Shown here: piece by piece, positions 38,866 to 47,730 of the stretch | Layout: each line of letters opens with the position of its first letter | Position numbering within the stretch: the first letter of the stretch is position 1 | Source of the DNA: an uncultured bacterium | Lineage (GTDB): Bacteria > Patescibacteriota > JABMPQ01 > CAVVCK01 | Reading direction: 5' to 3' | NCBI GenBank assembly: GCA_963746775.1 | Contig: CAVVCK010000002.1 | Coordinates: 11,571-75,570, forward strand | DNA: 64,000 nucleotides | The notes under the pieces: model-generated | The model's database searches: none | Told to the model about the DNA's origin: nothing | Seen by the model: only the letters and a program-made list of their open reading frames with translations | Translations under genes and position numbers: made by a program

Positions 38866-39762
38866 TTAACTTCCTTCAAAAAAATCTTCATCAATTTCTT
38901 TTACTTCATAAATATTACTTATTTGTAAACCAACTTTATATTCATGCATTAAATTTACAAGATTATTTCCATCGATAAGAATTATTTTATGATGAGCTTC
39001 ACGGGCTTTTTTTATAGCCGAATCATCAAAAGTTGATGTAGTTACAAAAATACCCTTCGTAGTATCTCCACTCATTGCTCCGATAAAGTTACGAATCTCT
39101 TTTTCGCGAACCTTATTTTCATTGTAACGCTTTGCTTGAATATAAATTTTTTCGAGACCAAGTTTGTCCTCATTGATAATCCCATCAATTCCACCATCTC
39201 CAGATTTTGCAGTCTCAACAAAATCACCATACCCCATTTTTTTAAGAAGTATTAAAATTACTTTTTCAAAGTAATAAGGATCAATACTTTTTAATTTTTC
39301 TAATAATTCTGTTTCTACTTGTCTTTCAATCTTAGAAAAACCCGAGTCTATTAAATCTTGAGGAGAAGCATTTTCAATGTCTGAATTATTGTCTATAGAT
39401 TCTATTTCTTTTTCAACTTTTTTGTTATTCTCATATTCTAAATAATCTGGATCATTTTTTAAGTCTTTTAATGTAAGTTTTCCAAGAGCAAGAATCTTTT
39501 TACCTTTTTCTGTTATTTTAACCATCGCACGCTCTGGCTGTTCAATCATTTTAGCTTGTTTTAAATATCCTTTCCCCCATCCTATACGATTTAATATTAA
39601 AGGATCTCCACTTTTAGTTTTTTGTGTTAAAAGTTCTTGAGGTAAATCAGAATAATATTTATCTCGAACTCTTTTACGTAATTCATTATAGTGTAAAACT
39701 TCACCATCGGATAAAACTTCTAAAATAGGTATAAATGTTTCGTGAAATTTTGGTAAATCCAT
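38866..39762 (-). CDS. mrr: Mrr-family type IV (modification-dependent) restriction endonuclease
   Basis: Mrr_N winged helix (FIPILEVLSDGEVLHYNELRKRV) plus a PD-(D/E)xK core (GDGGIDGI...E...QAKRY) and the GIFVTTSTF tail typical of Mrr_cat. Confidence 0.85.
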   Translation of the reverse strand: MDLPKFHETFIPILEVLSDGEVLHYNELRKRVRDKYYSDLPQELLTQKTKSGDPLILNRIGWGKGYLKQAKMIEQPERAMVKITEKGKKILALGKLTLKDLKNDPDYLEYENNKKVEKEIESIDNNSDIENASPQDLIDSGFSKIERQVETELLEKLKSIDPYYFEKVILILLKKMGYGDFVETAKSGDGGIDGIINEDKLGLEKIYIQAKRYNENKVREKEIRNFIGAMSGDTTKGIFVTTSTFDDSAIKKAREAHHKIILIDGNNLVNLMHEYKVGLQISNIYEVKEIDEDFFEGS

Positions 39763-39803
39763 ATTTTTTAGACTATTTTGTAAAAGTATATTCTTTTTTG
39801 TTT

Positions 39804-39865
39804 TATAAATAAACTATCTTCGTAACCCCATTGTACAACAGAATAAACTTCGCGGAGAAAACACC
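39804..39865 (-). promoter_or_regulatory. Leader repeat Y: a 62-nt element about 41 nt upstream of the mrr start, paralogous to X
   Basis: See X; the alignment was done by eye. Confidence 0.5.
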
Positions 39866-39897
39866 ATGCGATCGAATGTAAATTCTAGCCGTCGTAA

Positions 39898-40242
39898 TTA
39901 TTCGTCTAACTTTCTCAATCGCTTAATCACCGAATCCTGATACAACCTAAAAGCTTTTCGTTTTTCCTTAATGTAAATATAGGGCGTGCCAAGAACCTCG
40001 GAACATTTTTGGCATTTTAACGCCGGGACTTTATTGATACTTGAGACTTGTAGGCCAACCATATTATCAGGCGCGAATATTCTATCTAAGTATAATCGTC
40101 GCAAATTACCAGGCCCATCTTTCTGATATACTACAACAATACTCTCGCATTTACGACAACAAATATTTAAAAGCCTTGAATGGCCACCTCGAGCAGACTT
40201 ATATTTATCTTTCTTGAACGAAAAGCTTGTTTTTTTACTCAT
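39898..40242 (-). CDS. Hypothetical basic zinc-ribbon (C4) protein at the island edge
   Basis: CxxC...(38 aa)...CxxC (ICCRKC / KCQKC). Lys/Arg-rich, intermediate GC, no recognisable family. Confidence 0.4.
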   Translation of the reverse strand: MSKKTSFSFKKDKYKSARGGHSRLLNICCRKCESIVVVYQKDGPGNLRRLYLDRIFAPDNMVGLQVSSINKVPALKCQKCSEVLGTPYIYIKEKRKAFRLYQDSVIKRLRKLDE

Positions 40243-40317
40243 AGGCTAGAATTTATTTTGGTTAACCAGTTATATACGAACTAATTATTTTATTATTTAA
40301 AATAAGCTAAAAATATT

Positions 40318-41487
40318 TTAAAACGTCTTACGGATATCAATACAACTTATCATTCTATCAACCCTAGATTCCCAAGAATAATCTTTAACCGATTCAAGTC
40401 TTTTTATTTCTAATTCTTTATTATTGTTTTTTAAAGCTTCCTGAATTTTATCATTAAATTCTTCCTTATCTTTCGCTACATAAATTAAATCTTTAAAATT
40501 CTCAATGCCAGCGACAGGAGTTGTAACTACCGGTTTACCACAAGCTAGGTATTCATATAATTTCAAAGGATTCATCGATTTAGTAAACTCGTTGATTTTA
40601 TGAGGAATAATAGCTACATCAAAATTATTTAAATAATTGGGTAATTCTTCATATTTTACTCTATCAATAAAATGAATATTTTTTTTGTTTTTTATTTTAT
40701 CAATATTGGCATCCGGCCAAACATCGCCAATCAAAACAACTGATTTGTCTTCATTTTTATCACTAATATATTCTATCAACTCAATATCTATCCTATTTTG
40801 AATAATTCCAACATATCCAATAATCGGATGAGAGATATTGTCAATCTTTGTATCTAGTATTTTGTATTTAGTATTTTGAAAAAAATCAATGTCTACTCCG
40901 TTCGGCATCCAATGAACATTTTTATTGCTTTTAAATAAATTTATCAAATCTTCTGAAACAGTAAAAATTAAATCAGCCTTTTGATCAATTAAATTATAAT
41001 TATCTTTTAATCTTTCTTTATAATTTTTAAAATTAGGGTGTTCTATCCAATTATCCACGGTATCAAATATTTTTATTTCCGATTTTATTTTATTAAAATA
41101 ATCAACAAACATGGGAAAATACGACCAGAGAATAATATTTTCTAGTTTTAAATCATCAATAATCCTGTTAATTTTGTTATAAACTTTATCTTCGGAAAAT
41201 ATGGAGTCGATAGTTGAATAAGTGTAGAGTTTTTCGGAAACTTTTTTTAAAACAGAAGTAGGATCTCTTTTTAATACTTTACTATTATTTTTTGATATTT
41301 GATTTTCATAATAAGAACGCAGAGCCCTTTTCTTAGTATATGGCAAAAAATCTACATGCAAAATTTTACCAACATTATTATTTTTCAATAATTGGTTTAG
41401 TATATGATAATTTCTATTCACAATCCCCTTTTTATCCCAGTCATTCCAATCTGACATGGAAAACATTATAATGTCAAATTTTTTCAT
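40318..41487 (-). CDS. GT4-family (GT-B) glycosyltransferase
   Basis: C-terminal EX7E-like region (LKLYEYLACGKPVVTTPVAGI) and an N-terminal Glyco_trans_4-like domain. Confidence 0.75.
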   Translation of the reverse strand: MKKFDIIMFSMSDWNDWDKKGIVNRNYHILNQLLKNNNVGKILHVDFLPYTKKRALRSYYENQISKNNSKVLKRDPTSVLKKVSEKLYTYSTIDSIFSEDKVYNKINRIIDDLKLENIILWSYFPMFVDYFNKIKSEIKIFDTVDNWIEHPNFKNYKERLKDNYNLIDQKADLIFTVSEDLINLFKSNKNVHWMPNGVDIDFFQNTKYKILDTKIDNISHPIIGYVGIIQNRIDIELIEYISDKNEDKSVVLIGDVWPDANIDKIKNKKNIHFIDRVKYEELPNYLNNFDVAIIPHKINEFTKSMNPLKLYEYLACGKPVVTTPVAGIENFKDLIYVAKDKEEFNDKIQEALKNNNKELEIKRLESVKDYSWESRVDRMISCIDIRKTF

Positions 41488-41543
41488 AATTTAAAAATTC
41501 CTTTTAATTTAAGGCTATATAATCTATGATATTATTATAACAT

Positions 41544-42998
41544 ATGTTAAATCAAATAAAACATCTAGGAAAACATACTTTTATATATGCCATAGGCTCT
41601 GCTATCCAGACTTTGGTAGCTTTTATATTAGTTCCGATTTATACCCATTATTTAACGCCTGCTCAATACGGTCAATTAGAAATATTAAATACTATTCTTT
41701 TAATTTTGACTATGATCTTATCTTTCGGTTTCGCTTCAGCAGTAATAAAAGTGCATGAACAGGATTGTTCGACAGAAAAGGAGAAGAAAGCGGTGCTAGG
41801 TACTATGTATCTATTCGTCATGCCTATTGCTTCACTGATTAGTTTATTATTTTTTATTTTTTCTAAATCCATTACTAAATTATTATTAGGAGATGTAGGT
41901 GAAGTTAATTTATTCTATTTAGTTTTAGGATTGAATATTTTTACCATATTTTCCATGCTTTCCTTCTCCTTGCTCCGAGCCAAGGAAAAATCACTATATT
42001 ATATTTTAGTTTCTTTTTTTAGATTTATATTAACCTTGGGTATAAATATTTATTTAGTAGTTGTATTGCAATTAGGTATTTTTGGAATCTTAGCTGGCAA
42101 TTTAATTGCTACTATTCTAGCTTCCTTTATCTTTATTCCCTCTATTATTAAATATATAAAATTTACTATTTCCAAAAAATATTTAGCTAAACTATCCTAT
42201 TTTGGCATTGCTATTATTCCAGCCGCTATTGCTTCTTGGATTATGGATTTATCGGATAGATATTATTTAAAACATTTTACAGATTTATCGGAAGTAGGAA
42301 TTTATTCTCTAGGCTATAAAATAGGTATGGTCGCTTCAGTCTTGATGGTTACTCCTTTTCAACTAGCTTGGCCAACGATATCTTATGCCCTAGCCAAAAA
42401 GGATGATGCCAAAGAAATTTATGCCAGAGTCCTAACCTATTTTTTATTTATCTCTTCTTTCGTAGCTCTGGGGCTAACTCTTTTTTCTCCACAAGTAATT
42501 GAAATAATTTCACCAGCCAATTACGCCAGGGCAGCTATTGTGGTTCCTTTTGTGGCTTTTGCTTACGTTCTCTACGGTGTCCATTTTATAATTGTGCCGG
42601 GATTACATCTAAAAGGAAAAACAAAATATTACCCTCTAATAATTGGCATTCCGGCAGTAATGAATCTTTTTTTAAATTATTTTTTTGTACCACAATTTGG
42701 CATGTTGGGCGCAGCTATGACTACCCTCTTTTGTTTTGTCTTAATGGTCATTATCACCTATTTATTTTCAAATTATTATTATAAAGTTAAATATGAATGG
42801 TTTAGAGGGTTAAAAATTGTATTTGTACTAATTTTAGCCCTAATTTCTAGTTTTTATATAAATGGATCATTCTGGCAGGAAATACTTTACAACTGCTTGA
42901 TTTTATTGGGTTTTATTGTTATTCTATACATAATTAGATTTTTTAGAAAAGGTGAAATAGAACAATTTTTAGCCATTTTAAAAAAATTTAAGCCATAG
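41544..42998 (+). CDS. Wzx-like polysaccharide flippase (MOP superfamily), paralog 1
   Basis: 14 predicted TM helices; N-terminal amphipathic region typical of Polysacc_synt; paralogous to 47720-49150 and 53021-54457. Confidence 0.75.
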   Translation: MLNQIKHLGKHTFIYAIGSAIQTLVAFILVPIYTHYLTPAQYGQLEILNTILLILTMILSFGFASAVIKVHEQDCSTEKEKKAVLGTMYLFVMPIASLISLLFFIFSKSITKLLLGDVGEVNLFYLVLGLNIFTIFSMLSFSLLRAKEKSLYYILVSFFRFILTLGINIYLVVVLQLGIFGILAGNLIATILASFIFIPSIIKYIKFTISKKYLAKLSYFGIAIIPAAIASWIMDLSDRYYLKHFTDLSEVGIYSLGYKIGMVASVLMVTPFQLAWPTISYALAKKDDAKEIYARVLTYFLFISSFVALGLTLFSPQVIEIISPANYARAAIVVPFVAFAYVLYGVHFIIVPGLHLKGKTKYYPLIIGIPAVMNLFLNYFFVPQFGMLGAAMTTLFCFVLMVIITYLFSNYYYKVKYEWFRGLKIVFVLILALISSFYINGSFWQEILYNCLILLGFIVILYIIRFFRKGEIEQFLAILKKFKP

Positions 42999-43103
42999 AT
43001 TTAGCAGATTAAACAGAAAAAAATCTTGAAATTATTTCTGCTAAATTAGTTTAATCTGCGCTAGAAAGTTAATTTATAAACTAATAATACAATTATCTAT
43101 TTT

Positions 43104-44048
43104 ATGAAATTAATAGTTACAATTCCCGCTTATAACGAAGAAAAAACAATTGCTTCAGTAATTCGTGAGATACCGCGCCAAATTGAGGGTATTGAGAATG
43201 TTAAAATTTTAGTGTTAAACGATGGTTCTACTGATAATACGGCTCAAGTCGCTTCTAGTGCTGGAGCTGATTTTGTAATATCACATAAAAAAAACAAGGG
43301 ATTAGCCATAACCTTCAAAGATGCTATTGAGGAAGCTCTAAAAAAAGGAGCTGACATTATTGTCAATACCGACGCCGACAATCATTATGATCAATCTAGG
43401 ATTCCCGAATTAATCAAACCAATTTTAAATAAAAAGGCTGATTTGGTTATAGGCTCAAGAAAAGTAGAAGAACTTGACCATATGCCCCGCAAAAATAAAT
43501 ATGGAAATATTATGGGCAGCTGGCTGGTGTGTAAATTATCAGGCTTGGGTAAAATAGATGTTTCCTCTGGATTTAGAGCCTATACCAGAGAAACAGCCCT
43601 GAGAATGAATATCTTATCCCCCCATACCTATACTCACGAAACACTAATTCAAGCAGCCGAAAATAAATTATCTATAATAGAAATACCCATTAAAGCCCGT
43701 GAAGTAAAACGAAAATCAAAATTAATAAAAAGTATCCCTCGACATATTGCCAAATCATTAACTGTAATATTGAGAGTATTTTCTCTCTACAATTTTATAA
43801 AAATATTTATTACTCTAGGCTTAATACTATTTATAATCGGCCTAATACCTATTTTTAGATTTATATATTTTTATTTTTTAAATGGAGGCCAAGGTCATAT
43901 CCAATCATTAATTATTGGTACTATGATGACTCTAATTGGATTTATTACGATTGCTATTGCCCTGCTGGCTTCGGCCATTGATTGGAATAGAAAATTAATC
44001 GAGGAAATTTTATATAAAACTAAGAAACAAGGGTTAAGTAAAAAATAA
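43104..44048 (+). CDS. GT2 polyprenol-phosphate sugar synthase (GtrB/Dpm1/ArnC-like) with a C-terminal TM hairpin
   Basis: KLIVTIPAYNEE...VLNDGSTDNT...VNTDADNHYD, with two C-terminal TM helices. Confidence 0.8.
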   Translation: MKLIVTIPAYNEEKTIASVIREIPRQIEGIENVKILVLNDGSTDNTAQVASSAGADFVISHKKNKGLAITFKDAIEEALKKGADIIVNTDADNHYDQSRIPELIKPILNKKADLVIGSRKVEELDHMPRKNKYGNIMGSWLVCKLSGLGKIDVSSGFRAYTRETALRMNILSPHTYTHETLIQAAENKLSIIEIPIKAREVKRKSKLIKSIPRHIAKSLTVILRVFSLYNFIKIFITLGLILFIIGLIPIFRFIYFYFLNGGQGHIQSLIIGTMMTLIGFITIAIALLASAIDWNRKLIEEILYKTKKQGLSKK

Positions 44049-44132
44049 ATCAGATTATTAGATCATTGTATTGTTAACAACTTAAAATGATTTAACAATT
44101 TCTGCCTCTAATGGCGGATAGCAATTTAATTA

Positions 44133-45197
44133 ATGAAAGTATTATTTATAACCAGAAAATATCCTCCCCAAATAGGTGGTATGGAAAAATATAGCTATGA
44201 TCTTATAAAAAACTTTACCAGGGGAAAAGAAGTTATCGCTCTTAAAAAATCACAAATACATTTAATTTGGTTTATCCCTTATGCTTTAATTAGGGGTATT
44301 TTTTTATCAAGAAGAGTGGATTTAATTTATTTATGTGATAGTTTATTAGGACCAGTAGGTTTAATTCTAAAATATATATCTAGAAAACCTGTCCTAGTTA
44401 CTGCCCATGGATTAGATATAATATATAATAATTGGATATATAGAAATATTAACGTAAGATCTTTAAAGTATTTAGATAAAGTTATAGCAGTCAGTAAATT
44501 TACCAGAAATAATTGCTTAAATTACGGGATTGATCCCGAAAGGTGTATTTTTATTCCTAATGGGATTGAAATAGATGATGCTAAGAAAAAATTTAACAAA
44601 CAAGATCTTTCTAAATTTTTAAAATTCAATGTTTCTAATAAAAAAATATTATTATCAATAGGTAGGTTAACAAAAAGAAAAGGATTTGCTTGGTTTATTA
44701 AACATGTTATAAAAAGATTAGATGATAATATTATCTATTTAATTGCCGGTACAGGCAGTGAAGAAAAAATAATCAGAGAAACAATTATTAAGAGCAGAGT
44801 AATGAATCAGGTAATAATGTTAGGAAGCATTTCTGAGGAAAATAAAGAGCTACTGTATCAAACTGCTGATATATTTATTATGCCCAACATTGAAATAAAA
44901 AATAATCAGGAAGGATTTGGCTTAACTTCCCTAGAAGCATCAAAAGCAGGCTTAATTGTTATGGCTTCAGATATAGAAGGAATCACTGATGCTATTATTG
45001 ATAATAAAAATGGCTATTTAGTTGAAGCGGGTAATGAAAATAAATTTATAGAAAAAATTAACAATATTTTAAATTCCAGTGACATAGAAAATATTGGCAA
45101 AAGATTTAGTGATTATACTAAAGAAAATTTTGCTTGGAAAAATATAATCGCAAAATATGAAAGTGAATTTAAAAATGTTTTAGAAAAATCAAATTGA
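44133..45197 (+). CDS. GT4-family glycosyltransferase
   Basis: QEGFGLTSLEASKAGLIVMASDIEGI, an EX7E-type C-domain. Confidence 0.8.
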   Translation: MKVLFITRKYPPQIGGMEKYSYDLIKNFTRGKEVIALKKSQIHLIWFIPYALIRGIFLSRRVDLIYLCDSLLGPVGLILKYISRKPVLVTAHGLDIIYNNWIYRNINVRSLKYLDKVIAVSKFTRNNCLNYGIDPERCIFIPNGIEIDDAKKKFNKQDLSKFLKFNVSNKKILLSIGRLTKRKGFAWFIKHVIKRLDDNIIYLIAGTGSEEKIIRETIIKSRVMNQVIMLGSISEENKELLYQTADIFIMPNIEIKNNQEGFGLTSLEASKAGLIVMASDIEGITDAIIDNKNGYLVEAGNENKFIEKINNILNSSDIENIGKRFSDYTKENFAWKNIIAKYESEFKNVLEKSN

Positions 45198-45226
45198 ATT
45201 ATTAATTTATTTTTATTTTTTTATAT

Positions 45227-47230
45227 ATGACCTCAGAATCATTTTTTAGAAGAATATTTTTAATTTTTATATTATTTATAAATCTAAGCTTGGGCTATGC
45301 TATTTTTGGTTATTTTAAATTAAATGTTATTGTAGCTTCCCTGCTTTTAATATTTTTAACGTTATTTTTATATTTTTCTTTTAAAACTTTCATAAAAGAA
45401 AAAGTCAGAATTTCTAAATTTGAAATCCTAATTATTATTATAATTGTTTTTATTACTTTATTTAATGTTCTTTTTTATCATAATATGCCCAGAGGAAGAG
45501 ATGATATGGCTTATATAGCAGCTTCGGCTGAACTGGTGGACTCGGGTAGTTTATCTTTTAATGATCCCCTAAGTTATCCTTATCATCCCTTTAGAAATTT
45601 AGGAGGAGATACTTTTACTTCCAGATTTCTTCCTGGCTACATTGTCTATTTATCTATTTTTTATATCTTATTTGGCTCAGCTGCTGTTTTTTGGGCTAAT
45701 GCTTTATTAATTTTTCCTTCCCTCTTGATTATTTATTTTATTGGCAAAGAATTATCTAATAGAAAAGTTGGTCTGATTAGTGTTTTGTTAATTTCAACTT
45801 TTTATACTTCCTTTTGGTTTCCTCGGAGAACTGTTTCGGAAAATCTATTAATGTTTTTACTATTATTTGGCTGTTGGCTCACTGTATATGCCTTTAAAAA
45901 GAAAAGGGCTGGCTATTTTTTTCTGGCTCTACCTGTATTTTCTTTTTCTATATTAGTCAGAGGAGAAGCTTTGGGATATTTATTGATGTTTATAATTGTT
46001 TTACTTTTAGGATTAATTAAATTTAAAAAAGAAATAAAAAATAATTTACAATTTATTATTCCCGGCACAGTCATATTTTTTATAAATTTATATTTATTCA
46101 AAACTTACGGGGATCTGTATGGAACTGATTATATTAAATATGTCCTAGATAGCGCCAGAGATGCAGCTCAATTTTTATGGGGATTAAGTAATTTAACTTT
46201 ATTTTTTACACTGCTGACAGTAATGGTGTTGTTTGTTATTTATTATCTCTATAAAAACAAGTTTTTTATCATTAAACAATCCAGGGTTAATAAATTAAGA
46301 AATTTTATTTTAATATTATCTTTTTTATTTTTTTCCATATATGAGATATTAGCCATTTACAATCTAAACACTAAAGAATATGTTAAATGGAATTATTTTG
46401 ATAACCAATATGTTTTGTTTAGTTTTTTAAAATATTATTTGATAATATACATAATTATATTTTTTTACGGCATCTATAAAAAATATTACTCTAAAACAGT
46501 CTATGCTATTATTTTCATATTATCTCCTGTCCTTATCTTCTTTAAAACTCCCAGTATTGCTCCTGATCATCCTTGGTTTATGAGAAGATTTTTTCCTGTC
46601 GTTATACCTTTAATAATTATACTCTCCAGTATAGTTCTTGAAAAAATATTAAAAGACAAAAAGAAGGTTTATCTAACAGTTATAATTTTGATAATAATTA
46701 ATTTATCTATCTCTCTCCCTATTTTAACCTTCAAGGAGGATCAAGGAGTAGATAATCAGTTAGAAAATTTATCTAATAAATTTCAATCTACAGATTTAGT
46801 TTTAATGGAGCCTGGCTGGCAATGGCAGCAATGGGGATATGCTCTGCATTACGTTTATAATATGAATGTTTTACCTAATGTAGATGAATTAAATTCAAAA
46901 GATTTTCCTAATTTATTGAAAAAATATAATAAAGTCTATATTCTATCTTCCAAAAGATATGACATTTATCCGGGATATGAAGATAATAATTTAGAGTATT
47001 TATACGACTGGAAATTAAAATATCCCTATCTAGAGCGAGACAGCTGGCTAACCTATTATATTGATCACAATAGAGAAGCTCTAGAGGTAAGCAAAGTAAA
47101 AGAAGCTTTAAAAAATATTCCGCCACAAAAAATCAGCGAAACTGAAGAGACTTATTATGTTTTCAAGGTTTTAGACAAAAATAAATTAGATGTTAATAAA
47201 CTATTCGAGTATAATAATAGTAGTTTTTAA
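45227..47230 (+). CDS. GT-C-fold polytopic membrane glycosyltransferase (ArnT/PMT/GT39/GT83-like)
   Basis: About 11 TM helices; an acidic first extracytoplasmic loop (PRGRDDMAYIAASAEL, analogous to the DE motif of GT-C enzymes); a C-terminal soluble domain. Confidence 0.5.
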   Translation: MTSESFFRRIFLIFILFINLSLGYAIFGYFKLNVIVASLLLIFLTLFLYFSFKTFIKEKVRISKFEILIIIIIVFITLFNVLFYHNMPRGRDDMAYIAASAELVDSGSLSFNDPLSYPYHPFRNLGGDTFTSRFLPGYIVYLSIFYILFGSAAVFWANALLIFPSLLIIYFIGKELSNRKVGLISVLLISTFYTSFWFPRRTVSENLLMFLLLFGCWLTVYAFKKKRAGYFFLALPVFSFSILVRGEALGYLLMFIIVLLLGLIKFKKEIKNNLQFIIPGTVIFFINLYLFKTYGDLYGTDYIKYVLDSARDAAQFLWGLSNLTLFFTLLTVMVLFVIYYLYKNKFFIIKQSRVNKLRNFILILSFLFFSIYEILAIYNLNTKEYVKWNYFDNQYVLFSFLKYYLIIYIIIFFYGIYKKYYSKTVYAIIFILSPVLIFFKTPSIAPDHPWFMRRFFPVVIPLIIILSSIVLEKILKDKKKVYLTVIILIIINLSISLPILTFKEDQGVDNQLENLSNKFQSTDLVLMEPGWQWQQWGYALHYVYNMNVLPNVDELNSKDFPNLLKKYNKVYILSSKRYDIYPGYEDNNLEYLYDWKLKYPYLERDSWLTYYIDHNREALEVSKVKEALKNIPPQKISETEETYYVFKVLDKNKLDVNKLFEYNNSSF

Positions 47231-47289
47231 TCGATACTAATATACGAATTAATACTAATTATACTAATTTATTGTTTTAATAAAATAAG

Positions 47290-47730
47290 ATGAAAATAAA
47301 AAAAATATTACTATATATATTTATTATTTGTAGCATATTGTTAGCTGTCTCTTTATTGGGTCTTATAAAATTTCCCTGGCAGCAATCCTTCCGAGTAGTT
47401 TTTGGATCATTTTATGTTTTATTCCTACCAGGTTTTATTTGGAGTTATGTTTTTTTTGAAAAATCAAAAACAGCTAAAGATAAAAATGGCAGAGAAGAAG
47501 CTTCCGCAGAAAAACCATTGGACGGAATTGAAAGAATACTGCTTTCTTTTGCTCTATCCATAGCACTTAGTCCCCTAACCTTATTTTTCTTGAATAAAAT
47601 TGGTGTAAAAATAAATTTAATAAATAGTTTTTTGGTTATTTTAGGATTAATTGTTATGGGATTGGGAATAGTATTTTATAAAAATAATTTTTACAGAAAA
47701 ACAGAACAAAAAAATACTAATGGTAAATAA
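47290..47730 (+). CDS. Small 4-TM membrane protein (possible GtrA-like flippase partner)
   Basis: 146 aa with four hydrophobic helices; no family motif I can confirm. Confidence 0.3.
   Translation: MKIKKILLYIFIICSILLAVSLLGLIKFPWQQSFRVVFGSFYVLFLPGFIWSYVFFEKSKTAKDKNGREEASAEKPLDGIERILLSFALSIALSPLTLFFLNKIGVKINLINSFLVILGLIVMGLGIVFYKNNFYRKTEQKNTNGK

Larger units (their letters stand above)
31515..40317. mobile_element. Compositionally distinct genomic island (about 40-45% GC against about 28% background) carrying the mrr / type I R-M / protease genes; probably horizontally acquired, though no integrase or att site was identified
   Basis: There is a sharp GC shift at both borders. The left border has an unusual 150-nt G/T-rich tract (C/A-rich on the coding strand) at about 31560-31710. 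Confidence 0.55.
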
